Source of the DNA: Candidatus Bathyarchaeia archaeon
Lineage (GTDB): Archaea > Thermoproteota > Bathyarchaeia > 40CM-2-53-6
Assembly: GCA_049517415.1 (NCBI GenBank)
Contig: JBEKSC010000006.1
Location: 1 to 64,000, forward strand
DNA length: 64,000 nucleotides
Reading direction: 5' to 3'
The notes beneath the pieces were generated by a model. That model was not told the DNA's origin, made no database searches, and worked only from the letters and a program-made list of their open reading frames with translations. Positions 28,307-38,895 of the stretch are shown piece after piece. Position 1 is the first letter of the stretch, and every line of letters starts with the position of its first letter. The position numbers were made by a program, and so were the translations under genes.

Positions 28307-30097
28307 TCATTTTGCGACTTCAAGAAGTTCGCTGTTTAGTTTCTCGAATTCGTGGTCCATCTTGGTCGTAAGTTCTTTTGCAAAGGCGCCAAACGTCTGG
28401 GATGGTTGAATCTTGGCTCTTGCAATTTCCTCTTTAACCGGGATTTCAAGGGTTCTCTGAAGTGGAACGCCCTTTTCCGTGGATTCTTTCATCTTCTCAT
28501 AGAACTTCAAGATGAGCGACATTAAGCCGAAGGTCTTTTCGGGAGAGCAGTAACTGTCGACTGGGTGCAGGGCGCTCTGAATGAGGAAGTCTTCCTTAAT
28601 CATACGGGCCGCCTCCAGGACCACCCGTTGGCTCTCGGAGAGAGCGTCAGGCCCGACGAGCATCACAATTTCCCGAAGTTCCTCATCCCGCTGAAGCAGT
28701 GCCATGCCATCTTTTCGAAGATTGGACCATTCCGGACTAATGTCGGTCCGGTACCAGTTTTCAAGTGAATCCAAGTAAAGGGAGTAGCTGGTCAACCAGT
28801 CAATCGCGGGAAAGTGTCTCCGCTCAGCTAATGGTTTGCTTAACGCCCAGAATACCTTCACGATCCTAAGCGTATTCTGAGTGACTGGTTCTGAAAAGTC
28901 ACCCCCAGACGGGGATACCGCGCCCACGATAGAAACTGAACCAAGCTTGTTCGAGTCGCCACCGATTACTTTGACCCTGCCCGCCCTCTCGTAGATTTGA
29001 GCTAATCTTGAAGCCAAGTAGGCAGGATAGCCTTCCTCGCCAGGCATTTCCTCCAGCCGGCCGGAGACTTCTCGTAAAGCCTCAGCCCATCGTGAAGTAG
29101 AATCAGCCATCAATGCCACATCGTAGCCCATGTCTCTGAAGTACTCAGCCAGTGTCACGCCCGTGTACATACTCGCCTCGCGGGCGGCGATGGGCATATT
29201 TGATGTGTTCGCCACCAGGATTGTCCGTTCCATCAAAGGTTGGCCGGAACGCGGGTCCTTGAGCTCTGGAAATGTTTCCAGAACCTCGGTCATCTCATTT
29301 CCACGTTCACCGCAGCCGACGTAAACGATCACATCCGCATCAGCCCACTTGGCAAGCTGGTGTTGGGTTATCGTTTTCCCGGTCCCGAAATCGCCAGGAA
29401 TTGCGGCTGTACCACCTTTTGCGATTGGAAAGAAGAAGTCGATGATTCGTTGGCCAGTTATGAGGGGCGTGTCGGAGGGGACCTTTTCGCGGGTGGGGCG
29501 AGGAATGCGGACTGGCCAGGAATGCATCAAGTACAACTTGATTACGCCGTGGCTTGTTTCAACTTCAGCTATCGGGTCTTGGACTGTGTACGATCCTTTC
29601 GAGACAATTGATTTGAGCGTCCCGTTCACGTCTGGGGGAACCAGAATCCTATGCTTCACTAGAACAGTTTCGGGAACTTCACCGAGGGCATCTCCGCCGG
29701 TAGCTTTGTCTCCCTTTTTCATAGCCGGAGTAAATTCCCATTTCTTCTTTCGATCAAGCGCTGGTGCTGTTATGCCTCTTCGGATGAAAGGTCCTCCCTC
29801 TTCGAGGAGAAAGGGTAAGGGTCTTTGTGTCCCGTCGAAAAACTGATTCACCAATCCCGGCCCGAGTTCAACTGAGAGGGGTTTGCCTGTTCGCTCTACG
29901 ATTTCGCCAGGTTTGATTCCCGTAGTCTCTTCATAGACTTGGATTGTGGCAGTGTCTGCTTCGACCCGGATAATCTCACCAATAAGTCCTGAGCTGCCCA
30001 CCTTGACAAGTTCGTACATGCGGGACCCAAGCATGCCTGATGCTACGACGACTGGTCCGGCTACCCGTTCAATTTTCCCGGGTTTGAAGCCTGACAA
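28307..30097 (-). CDS. atpA: A/V-type ATP synthase subunit A, no intein
   Basis: GDFGTGKT, GCGERGNE, EEGYPAYL. Confidence 0.97.
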   Translation of the reverse strand: MSGFKPGKIERVAGPVVVASGMLGSRMYELVKVGSSGLIGEIIRVEADTATIQVYEETTGIKPGEIVERTGKPLSVELGPGLVNQFFDGTQRPLPFLLEEGGPFIRRGITAPALDRKKKWEFTPAMKKGDKATGGDALGEVPETVLVKHRILVPPDVNGTLKSIVSKGSYTVQDPIAEVETSHGVIKLYLMHSWPVRIPRPTREKVPSDTPLITGQRIIDFFFPIAKGGTAAIPGDFGTGKTITQHQLAKWADADVIVYVGCGERGNEMTEVLETFPELKDPRSGQPLMERTILVANTSNMPIAAREASMYTGVTLAEYFRDMGYDVALMADSTSRWAEALREVSGRLEEMPGEEGYPAYLASRLAQIYERAGRVKVIGGDSNKLGSVSIVGAVSPSGGDFSEPVTQNTLRIVKVFWALSKPLAERRHFPAIDWLTSYSLYLDSLENWYRTDISPEWSNLRKDGMALLQRDEELREIVMLVGPDALSESQRVVLEAARMIKEDFLIQSALHPVDSYCSPEKTFGLMSLILKFYEKMKESTEKGVPLQRTLEIPVKEEIARAKIQPSQTFGAFAKELTTKMDHEFEKLNSELLEVAK

Positions 30098-30172
30098 TTT
30101 AGTTTCCTCTAATTTAGAGCCGCTGTCATATTGAAGGTTCTTACTTATTGCTTTCGTTACGAGTACGCCGGA

Positions 30173-31192
30173 CTAATCCGGTGAGCTGATTAGGTGTTCT
30201 CCCTCTTCCATTATTTGCTTGTCGTCAATCCAGATACTGCACTTCAGCATTATGCCATCAACATGTGTCTTCGCGCTCCAATCTGCACCCGTCTCTTCGG
30301 CGTAGGGGTCGCCGAATGCACAATGAACTGAAGGGAATTTTTCATCTTGTAGCAAATTCCCCGTCAGCCGTTCCAGAAATGTGTTTGTGCCGATTGCAAA
30401 TTCTCCTAGCCGTGTCCCGTTGGGATCCTCGCTGAGATATCCCTGAAATTCGCGACGCAATTGCTCGTTTGCGCATGTGATAGAGGCGAGCTCAACACGA
30501 GAATCTTTTACGTGCAGTGTTACAGGGGTTTTTGAGAGAATACCATACTTCGGGCTGAACCAGTCCCCGAGCTCATCGATCACCATCTTGCCATTTGCTT
30601 TGTAGGCTGCGGTGAATATCTCACCGTCCGGAAGATTCCCCCACATGCCCTTTTCAGCGTTGAGCCCGTCGGACACTTTCCATCTCCATGATGGATGAAA
30701 CTCGACGTTAAGTTCAGTTCCTGCCTTGTTAACTACCCTTGCCTTCTTACAACCCTTCACAACTTGATCTATTTTATTTGTGAGCTCAGAGATCTTTCTG
30801 TAGTCAGCACACATTCCAGTTTCCATGAGTTCTCTTGTAATACCGGGCATGTGTGCGTGCCTAGCGTATTTTATCGCTGTCCGGATGAACGGCCCTCTAA
30901 CCGATAGCTCTCCCTTCTGACTAGCCGCCGCGTAGAACGTAACATTTGCCCATGGAACTAGGTCAAGTATGGGTTTCGGTAATTCCTTCGCAGGGCGCTC
31001 CGTATAATCTTCGAGGATTAGCAGTTTTACGTTCCCTTTGGATCTCTTGTCGGCAGCCTTGGAAATGGCATCGCCAACCTCGAACGTAGCACGGTCAGTC
31101 AAAATCAATACGTGCTCCCCATACTTTACTGCCATACAAACGTCTACAGCGTTTCTCGCACCTTCTGCTAAAGTTCCCATAGCTTGGATCAC
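30173..31192 (-). CDS. M29-like (thermophilic) aminopeptidase
   Basis: NLPDGEIF, LGEFAIG, DEK, HCAFG, THVD. Confidence 0.85.
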   Translation of the reverse strand: MIQAMGTLAEGARNAVDVCMAVKYGEHVLILTDRATFEVGDAISKAADKRSKGNVKLLILEDYTERPAKELPKPILDLVPWANVTFYAAASQKGELSVRGPFIRTAIKYARHAHMPGITRELMETGMCADYRKISELTNKIDQVVKGCKKARVVNKAGTELNVEFHPSWRWKVSDGLNAEKGMWGNLPDGEIFTAAYKANGKMVIDELGDWFSPKYGILSKTPVTLHVKDSRVELASITCANEQLRREFQGYLSEDPNGTRLGEFAIGTNTFLERLTGNLLQDEKFPSVHCAFGDPYAEETGADWSAKTHVDGIMLKCSIWIDDKQIMEEGEHLISSPD

Positions 31193-31926
31193 TTCGAAGT
31201 CTCTGACCTACTAATTCTCCTTCGAGTTATGACAATGATGAAGAACCCTTCTGCGATCAGTACGATGCCGAATATTGCCAGATTTAGTGGAAGCAAATAT
31301 GTTACTTCAAGTCTGGGGTAGTAGTTTTCACTCGGAACTTGGTCATGCGTGAAGAATTGGGTAGTATAGAGGCCGGTTGCATATTCTTGGGTGTCTTTCA
31401 CCACGAGCCCATCGTTATTCACGCCTGATTGCCAGTCTCTCATTATGTCGGTTACGTCCCAACTCATATACACCAGAGGCCCGTACCACCCACCTTGGCC
31501 TGGCGGAACTGGAGATATGGCGTGGTGCTCATCCGTGAAGTTGGGTTGGTTAACCCAGTTGACCCCCGTTTCATTCCAAGGCTGTTCGAGGCGGTAAACT
31601 CCGTAAATTCTGCTCGTTGAATCTTCAGTGCCCAATGCTGGGTCGCCTTTGGACCACAACCGTAGGCGAAACTCGGCTGAAACAACCCAAGCCTCTGACG
31701 GAATCGAGCTCACATTGAATTCTATCCAACCTCTCATGTTGTATGGCGGCTTGTTGTAAGAGGTGATCTCAAAATTATCAGAGTGGCCGTTATTGGCCAG
31801 TGGAACTGATTGCCAACTGTAACTATCCTTATCCGGATAGATTGTTGTGACCTTGACTGATGTCATCCAAAACGTACCGGCCGTGGAGACGACAAGAATG
31901 AGGATTAGTAGGAGGCTGCGTTTCAT
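31189..31926 (-). CDS. Membrane-anchored DNRLRE/CBM96-like domain protein
   Basis: Signal peptide, WNETGVNWVNQP, WDVTDI, PRLEVTY, C-terminal TM. Confidence 0.7.
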   Translation of the reverse strand: MKRSLLLILILVVSTAGTFWMTSVKVTTIYPDKDSYSWQSVPLANNGHSDNFEITSYNKPPYNMRGWIEFNVSSIPSEAWVVSAEFRLRLWSKGDPALGTEDSTSRIYGVYRLEQPWNETGVNWVNQPNFTDEHHAISPVPPGQGGWYGPLVYMSWDVTDIMRDWQSGVNNDGLVVKDTQEYATGLYTTQFFTHDQVPSENYYPRLEVTYLLPLNLAIFGIVLIAEGFFIIVITRRRISRSETSK

Positions 31927-31996
31927 TGAAGGAAACCTATTGGGTAGAGGAAGAACAAATGGTCAAAGCCATAAAACCTACGTTAATGTGATAATT

Positions 31997-32339
31997 ATGG
32001 GCACAATAAGCGAGACGCAATTGAAAGCCAGCCGGGAAGCCTCCGGAACCGTCAAAGAGAAGCTTATCGCATTCGAGAAAATTCCTGAAATCAAGAATTG
32101 ACTTGACGGCAGCGACCTCAAACCGTCCACGCGCGATTATTATGCAAAGAGACTCTTAGAGTTCATCGAGAGGGCTCCCAAGAATCCTAGGCCAGTTGCC
32201 ATAGAGATCAACGGAAAAGTAGCTGAGACAACTACCAACCATGGACCTCCTCTCTTTTCACATGAGGGCCGCCGTGAAATCCTTTCTCGACTATTACGAG
32301 GCAGGAGTTCCCGTGTTTGAAAAGTTGCCATCGTATTGA
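31997..32339 (+). pseudogene. Degraded fragment resembling an integrase N-terminal domain
   Basis: EIKN*LDGSDLKPSTRDYYAKRLLEF, then after a frameshift AAVKSFLDYYE. Confidence 0.35.
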
Positions 32340-32446
32340 TGGGAGCAGTGAAATTTGGATACGTGATTCTCACTTGTGTGGATGCCACGAAGGCCTATGT
32401 AAGCCCGATTGCGGAGTTCGAAGCGAGTCGCGGACGGTATGGGTTC

Positions 32447-33318
32447 ATGGAGTTCTGGTTCGTTCTTGCTATACTCTCCGTGTTTCTATGGGGGTTTCGC
32501 CAACATTTTTGTCAAGCTGGGCACCCCGAAGCTTGGAGTAACTCGGATGGCCGGCCTCGTAGCAGTCATTGAGGGCATGATCTACTTTGCAGGCTTCTTC
32601 TTTTGGCACTACAACGCAGCTATTGACTTGGAGTACGGTGTGCTTGCAGCGGCTTCAGCATTCGTCGGAACAATTGCTTACCTCTGCTTCTTCGAATCAG
32701 TGGTGGAGGGTCAAGTCGCAATCGTGGGAACCATATGAGCCGCCTATCCTAGCCTGACCGTTATCGGCGCACTGGCATTCCTATCGGAGTCTCTGACGGC
32801 TACGCAGTTGGTCGGGGTCGCCGCTATAATCTGCGGCATCGTAGCCTTAACGTACGAGCGGAGCCCACATTCACGGTATTCCATCCCAAGAAGATCCTTG
32901 CTCTTCGCGCTGTTGGCGTTCGCGCTTTGGGGTTTCTGGAGTCTGACCGCTAAAATTGCGGTCAGCAAAATCGGTCCAGGAAATGTCTTCGGCTTCTACG
33001 TAATCTCATCAGTGACCGGGCCTTTGGTTTACATGTGGTTTCGAAGAATTAGACCCGGGCCTTTGAATGTTGAGAAACCATCATGGATCTCTTGGTTTTT
33101 CGGAGCGGCTGGGCTTGCTTAATGTCTCTGGCACGCTGGTTTTCTCATTTGCGCTGAGTTTGGGGTTAGCGTCACTTGTGGTCCCCATATCAAGTGCCTA
33201 CCCGCTTGTCACCGTGACGGTAGCCATGCTATTGCTCGGTGAGAAATTGAATCGGCTTCAACTGACTGCTCTCGCCTGTGTGATAACGGGCCTACTCATG
33301 ATCGCGTTTATTGGATGA
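32447..33318 (+). pseudogene. EamA/DMT transporter pseudogene
   Basis: MEFWFVLAILSVFLWG / GFANIF frameshift near 32495; in-frame TGA at 32736 (GTI*AAYP); second frameshift near 33115; PISSAYPLVT. Confidence 0.85.
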
Positions 33319-33413
33319 TCGTAATGGTGGGCTCGATTACTAACTTATCTCACCTTTGAGAGGTGTAGCGACACTATATGGATAGGGCTGTGCATGGAAG
33401 TATTGGTTGACTA

Positions 33414-33872
33414 TTGATGATCGTTGAGGATGAAGTGAGTCGCGTCTTTGATTCTGGTTTGAACTGTGCGGAATCTCTGCTGCTCGTCGTAAGCAAGTAT
33501 ACAGGATTGGAGAAAGACAGTGCTCGATTTATCCCAAGAGTCGCTACGGGTTTTGGTGGAGGCATCGCAAGAAACGGTGACATGTGTGGAGCTCTTTCTG
33601 GTGCGGTGATGGCGATCAGTCTGGCGCTGGGCCGAGACCGCCCAGATCAAAGCGGCGATCAATGCTATACAGCCATCGATCAATTCTACAATGATTTCGT
33701 GAAGGCCTTTGGGTCATCTAAGTGCCGTGAGCTTACTCATGTCGATTTCAAGACGCCCGAGGGAAATGCGATTTACCGTGAAAGGGTTCATCGTGAGCGT
33801 TGTACGCCTATCGTGGAATGGGCAGCCAAGACGGCAAGTAGAATTATCAAGGAAAAACAAACGACAAATTAG
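33414..33872 (+). CDS. C-GCAxxG-C-C family putative redox protein
   Basis: NCAES, GFGGG, MCGALSG, CREL, RC. Confidence 0.88.
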   Translation: MMIVEDEVSRVFDSGLNCAESLLLVVSKYTGLEKDSARFIPRVATGFGGGIARNGDMCGALSGAVMAISLALGRDRPDQSGDQCYTAIDQFYNDFVKAFGSSKCRELTHVDFKTPEGNAIYRERVHRERCTPIVEWAAKTASRIIKEKQTTN

Positions 33873-34102
33873 ACCGGTAAGTTGCATCAAGATTACTCTG
33901 AAAAACTTTCACGAAGAGGTTGAGCGGTTTTCAACCGAGAAGAAGCAATCTTCGGACTCTTAGGCGCGGTGGTTCATACCTTGAATTTAGGCGAAGCGAC
34001 CTACTTTATCAACAGAGCGCAAGCAGTGTGGCTTATCCTTTCCACGACCATCTGCTTCATTTTCTAATAGTGCGAAATACCCGCGTTCGAACCCATGAAC
34101 AT

Positions 34103-34930
34103 CTACTTCGCCTGCGGATATGATCCTAAGACTTTGAGAAACGTGGTTGACTTCGCCAGTGCCTCAAGAGCTTCGCCACACTTGCCCTCTGAACGATGCC
34201 CTTCAAAATCCACGAAGAAGTGATATTCCCACGGAACGGTTCTGACGGGCCGTGACTCAATTCGCGTGAGGTTAATTTCTCTCGAAGCTAGTTCACCAAG
34301 GACTCTTTGAAGTGACCCTGGTGTATGTGGGGTTCCGAATACAACCGATGTCTTATCTTTGCCTGTCGCTGGCGCGTCTTTCGGACCTATTACAAAGAAA
34401 CGCGTGAAATTCTCTGGAAGGTCTTCTATGTTACGCTGAAGAACCTTTAAGCCATAAATCCCAGCCGTACGTTCGCTCGCGATCGCCCCTGCTTCGCGGA
34501 GGTGCCTCTCCTTTATCATTTTAGCACTCCCAGCTGTATCGTAGGCTGGTTCAGTCGCAATTTTTGATCGCTCAAGGAATTCTGCGCATTGAGCTAGCGC
34601 TTGCGGGTGAGAGTAGACAACTTTCAGATCCTCCAGCTTTGTATCAGGCAGCGCAAGCAAGCAATGATTAATCCGTATCTTCACTTCGCCAGATATCTTC
34701 AGAGCCGTTTGAAGCAGCAGGTCATAAGTATCATTAACGCTTCCCTCTAACGAGTTCTCGGCAGGTACGATTCCATACTGAGCACGTCCATCTTCAACTG
34801 CCTCGAATACTTGGCGCAGTGTGAGACATGGTAGTTTTGCTGTCTTGGTTCCAAAATGGGTCGCGGCAGCTTCCTCACTGTAAGCGCCATGTTCGCCTTG
34901 GAAGGCAATAACGTGAATCGTTTCCTTCAC
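34103..34930 (-). CDS. pheA: Prephenate dehydratase
   Basis: GAYSE, ENSLEG, SHPQALAQC, NFTRF, ACT-domain IESRP. Confidence 0.95.
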   Translation of the reverse strand: MKETIHVIAFQGEHGAYSEEAAATHFGTKTAKLPCLTLRQVFEAVEDGRAQYGIVPAENSLEGSVNDTYDLLLQTALKISGEVKIRINHCLLALPDTKLEDLKVVYSHPQALAQCAEFLERSKIATEPAYDTAGSAKMIKERHLREAGAIASERTAGIYGLKVLQRNIEDLPENFTRFFVIGPKDAPATGKDKTSVVFGTPHTPGSLQRVLGELASREINLTRIESRPVRTVPWEYHFFVDFEGHRSEGKCGEALEALAKSTTFLKVLGSYPQAK

Positions 34931-35510
34931 AATTGTACCCTCGACTAATTCACAGTAAATTGACCGCTCAACCAGTTAGAAAATCTCACTTTACTCAGGC
35001 GCAAGGATTTCTGGACTCTTGCTCAGAGCATTTGAGCATATATCCGATATATCAAGACACCTTAGTTCTTCTAAACCTCTAAACCAGACCAAGTGAGCCT
35101 AACCGCAAGAAACCCTAGCCACGGCTGAGATGCGCATCACATCCGCTTTCTCATCCTCTGTTATGGAAATCGCGACTGCTGGATTCGCGTATCACGTGTT
35201 GGTGAGAGATACATTCTTGAGTCAACAAGAAAGCCTGTGCGCCAGAGTTCCTCAGTTTCTCCAACTATCCGACAATTCCTAGCTAAAATGAAATTGGCAA
35301 TGAGTGAAATGAGGTATTCCTCAAGGCGCTCGTCATCGGGATTCGTCAAGATCAACGCGCCCTGAAACTAATCTCGTCTCGATACTCGTGCTGGGACATA
35401 TGGATTCGAAGTTGATTGCAATAGTCCCACTAGCACACGTATCACAAATCGTAGAACTAAAATCGTTGCACGCATATCTCTACTGGAATAGGGTCACGGA
35501 GATATAGGGT

Positions 35511-35771
35511 GTGAGCAAAGTTTTACGAAACAGTGCTAGTGTTGTCAGGGCCTGTGTTTTGATTCGCGTCCGGCCAGGGCAGCACTATCAAGTGGCCAAG
35601 GAAATAGCTTCCTTCGAAGGCGTGAACAGCGCCTTTGCTGTTATGGGCGCGGCAGATGTCGTGGCAAGGATCCATGTGGAGGACATGAAGGCGCTTGCGG
35701 CTCTTGGAACTAGGATGGGGGACTTGGCGGATGTCGTAACAACTGAAACATTGGTTGCCGCGGAGGTCTGA
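35511..35771 (+). CDS. Stand-alone Lrp/AsnC RAM domain
   Basis: ACVLIRV...AVMGAADVVA...TTETLV. Confidence 0.8.
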   Translation: MSKVLRNSASVVRACVLIRVRPGQHYQVAKEIASFEGVNSAFAVMGAADVVARIHVEDMKALAALGTRMGDLADVVTTETLVAAEV

Positions 35772-35774
35772 TCT

Positions 35775-36053
35775 ATGGTCCATGCTGTGATGTTTATCAA
35801 GAGCGGGGGCAAAGTTCCAGACGCGGCTAGGCTCGCTGCGGAACTTAAGCGCATACCTTATGTCACGGAAGCATATGCGGTCTTCGGTAGATTCGATGTC
35901 GTCGCATTCTTCGAAGGCAAGGACGTCAGGGAACTCTTCACGTCAGTTTCTGAGGCCACCAAGCTTGAGGGGATAATGAGTTCGGAATCTGTCGTTGAGA
36001 CCCAGGCGAATCAGGAAACGCCCGACTATGGGAAGGGATCCTTCTTTGGCTGA
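35775..36053 (+). CDS. Stand-alone Lrp/AsnC RAM domain
   Basis: AYAVFGRFDVVA...GIMSSES. Confidence 0.8.
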   Translation: MVHAVMFIKSGGKVPDAARLAAELKRIPYVTEAYAVFGRFDVVAFFEGKDVRELFTSVSEATKLEGIMSSESVVETQANQETPDYGKGSFFG

Positions 36054-36081
36054 TCTGCTTATTGATTTTGAAGCTGCGTCT

Positions 36082-37461
36082 CTATTTCTGTGAAACTAAA
36101 TCAAAGAAGCGGATGTAGGATTCGATTCCACGATAATAGGTGGGCAGGTGCTGTTTCTCGTTAGGGGCGTGGATATTGTCGTCAGGTAGGCCGAATCCCA
36201 ATAGAACTGAGTCAACGCCAAGTTTGGTTTTGACCATGTTCACCACGGGAACGCTACCTCCTTGGAGTTGAAAGAGCGGCCTAACTCCAAAAGTCGCTTG
36301 TAGGGCTGACGCAGCTGCTCGCATAGCTGGCGTGTTTCGATCAACAAGAACAGCCGGGGAGCTCGTGAGATTCTTGACCTCCCAGGTCACGGTTTGAGGC
36401 GCATTCTTGCGCAAATACTCTTTCAACTGATTCTCCACAGCCCTATTGTCCTGTTCGGGAACAAGCCGCGTTGAAATCTTTGCCATGGCCTTTGCGGGCA
36501 AGACGGTCTTCGATCCCTCGCCAGTGAACCCGGAGAGGAGCCCGTTTACTTCGAGAGTAGGTCGGCCCCCAATCCGCTCAACAGTCGTGAATCCTTTCTC
36601 TCCGTACAGCAGCTTTGTCCCGGTCATCTCTTGCCAAGCTTGGTCGGAGATTGGTATGCGCGCCAATTCAGCGCGTTCTTCTGTTGAGAGAACACGGACC
36701 TTATCATAGAATCCAGGCAAAGTGATATGCCCATTTGCGTCGTGCATTCCTGCAATTAATTCACAGAGCACTTGCGCCGGGTTATGGACTGCTCCCCCAA
36801 AAACTCCTGAGTGCAGGTCACTCTTCGCCCCATAAACCCAGACCTCGAAGTATCCCAAGCCACGAAGCCCGTATACAAGGGAAGGCAAGTCAGCTCTTAG
36901 GATCTGTGAATCGCAGTTTAGGACAACATCACATTTCAGTTTGCTCTTGTACTTTTCCACAAATGGTTCGAGGTTTCGCGAACCAATCTCCTCTTCACCC
37001 TCGAAGAACATCTTCACATTGACCGGCAAGCCCCCTGATTTTAGCCATGCCTCCAAGGCCTTCAGAACTGCATGACCCTGTCCCTTCATATCAGAAGCCC
37101 CACGAGCGTAAATATTGTCTCCCCGCACCGAAGGTTCAAACGGAGGTGAAGCCCACTCGTTCAAAGGATCAACTGGCTGAACATCATAATGGCCGTACAC
37201 TAAAACGGTGGGTTTGCCTGGAGCGTCAAGCCACTCACCGTAGACAACTGGATGTCCAGCGGTGGCAAGAATCTCAACTTTCTTGAAACCTATGCCGTTC
37301 AACTGATTTGCAAACCATTCAGCGCAACGTTGAACGTCTTGCTTATGTTCGGAAAGTGTAGAGATACTCGGAATTGAGAGGTACTCTCTGAATTCCGCTA
37401 GATAACGATCGTGATCACGTTTTGAGGATTCGATAACTTGCTGGACAGAGGTCATGGACAC
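36082..37461 (-). CDS. M20 dipeptidase
   Basis: YGHYDVQP, RGASDMKG, EGEEE, DLHSG, HAPNE. Confidence 0.92.
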   Translation of the reverse strand: MSMTSVQQVIESSKRDHDRYLAEFREYLSIPSISTLSEHKQDVQRCAEWFANQLNGIGFKKVEILATAGHPVVYGEWLDAPGKPTVLVYGHYDVQPVDPLNEWASPPFEPSVRGDNIYARGASDMKGQGHAVLKALEAWLKSGGLPVNVKMFFEGEEEIGSRNLEPFVEKYKSKLKCDVVLNCDSQILRADLPSLVYGLRGLGYFEVWVYGAKSDLHSGVFGGAVHNPAQVLCELIAGMHDANGHITLPGFYDKVRVLSTEERAELARIPISDQAWQEMTGTKLLYGEKGFTTVERIGGRPTLEVNGLLSGFTGEGSKTVLPAKAMAKISTRLVPEQDNRAVENQLKEYLRKNAPQTVTWEVKNLTSSPAVLVDRNTPAMRAAASALQATFGVRPLFQLQGGSVPVVNMVKTKLGVDSVLLGFGLPDDNIHAPNEKQHLPTYYRGIESYIRFFDLVSQK

Positions 37462-37646
37462 TCACAGGTTAGATAGATTAAGTGATATTTCATCTTTGCA
37501 TTCTAGGTTGAGGCCAAAGTAGCGGGCTGTCGCAAAGCAAAAATCCTTGAATCCTCCTCTCCGGGTTCTCAGACAATAATGACGTCTACCCGACGAGGCG
37601 GAACCTGTTAGGGTAACTTGAGGAGGCGAAAACAATCTTACCATTC

Positions 37647-38249
37647 GTGCTTAGCTTGCCCAGGATGAAGTCCATTCCAAGAAGCGGGTGGATTACACAC
37701 GGAATATCATTGCAGGATGTTGAATCAGTTGCAGACCATTCATTTTCAACTTGTTCGCTCGCCCTCCTCATCTCAGATCTCGAAGCGCAGCGAGGAGAAC
37801 ATGTGAACATAGAGCGCGTGTTGCGATTAGCCCTTCTACATGATTTGTCCGAATCCTTAACCTTCGACATTAGCAAGGCGTACTTAGAATACTTAGGTCC
37901 GAGCGGCGCGGCTATCAAAAGGGATCTGGACCACTCAGCTTGGAGGCACATAGTCGACGGCTTGCAGAATCCTAAGCTCCATCAAAGCTATTCAGCCCTT
38001 CAGAAAGAATTCGAAGCGGAAAAAACTTTTGAATCTAGAATTGTCCACGCCGCCGACAAGTTGGACATACTCCTCCAGATAATTGAATACCACCGCAGAG
38101 GCTACCCAGAATACATGTTAGCGGACCTATGGAGTGGAACGGTCAAGAAGCTCCGTTCCTGTAGGATCCAGTCGGCCGTAAAGATTCAAAGGATCCTAAT
38201 CCGCGAAGCCAGAAAGAAGCGCACTCGAAAATATCACGGTCTCAAATGA
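37647..38249 (+). CDS. HD-domain phosphohydrolase (YfbR-like)
   Basis: RSGW, ESVADHS, LLHDLSE, ADKLD. Confidence 0.88.
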   Translation: MLSLPRMKSIPRSGWITHGISLQDVESVADHSFSTCSLALLISDLEAQRGEHVNIERVLRLALLHDLSESLTFDISKAYLEYLGPSGAAIKRDLDHSAWRHIVDGLQNPKLHQSYSALQKEFEAEKTFESRIVHAADKLDILLQIIEYHRRGYPEYMLADLWSGTVKKLRSCRIQSAVKIQRILIREARKKRTRKYHGLK

Positions 38250-38673
38250 TGTGAATGTAGTTAATGGGTAGCTGCACCACGCCTACTCCGTTCTCGTATA
38301 TCCAAATGCCAAACTCCCCAGAACTTGGTTCTGCAACTAGGGACAACGCGTAGGGCGAGAATTGGTAGAAGCCCATGTGAGTTTGGAGGTCCGTCTGTGA
38401 GAGAAAGAGGCCGTGACCAGGATGAGAATGGTACCATCCCACAATGCGTCCCTCTATTTTTCCTTCAACGATATCGCTTGCGACCTGTGCAAGGCGCTGG
38501 GGCGGAAAAACGCAGGAAACTTCATTTGTTTCGTTCCCTCCGGCTATGATGTCATTGACCCAAAGCGAATCGTCCTCTAAGGCTCCCATTAGCAGGCCTA
38601 TTCGCTCGAAGGGCCGGTTCACGTCGCGTGCAATTCGCTCGATTACACGGTTCGTTATGAATACCTTAAACAA
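38242..38673 (-). CDS. JAMM/MPN+ metalloprotease
   Basis: ERIGLLMG...VGWYHSHPGHGLFLSQTD. Confidence 0.9.
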   Translation of the reverse strand: MFKVFITNRVIERIARDVNRPFERIGLLMGALEDDSLWVNDIIAGGNETNEVSCVFPPQRLAQVASDIVEGKIEGRIVGWYHSHPGHGLFLSQTDLQTHMGFYQFSPYALSLVAEPSSGEFGIWIYENGVGVVQLPINYIHII

Positions 38674-38895
38674 CTTTGGTCACGGAACTAAGGGCAACCT
38701 CGAGGGCGTCAAGATAAGATTTCAACCCTAAACTCCAAAGGATGCAGTCTTCCACGACGGCTTATTCACCATGAACCTGTCCATTAAAGACGCCTGTGTG
38801 CTGCTGACCTCTGTTCTAAACTGTGAACGGCTTGTTCAAAAGCGCGGCATTAATGCGAGGGTGCTCATCATGCAGCTGAGTCAGAAAAGCAGGAG

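Noticed and set aside
32099..32738. TGA recoding (selenocysteine or alternative code) at 32099 and 32736
   Set aside because: The positions look like Trp and Ser, frameshifts accompany them, and TGA is a normal stop elsewhere in the window.
34931..35510. Possible gene in the pheA-Lrp gap (35161-35355)
   Set aside because: No recognisable motif or convincing start.
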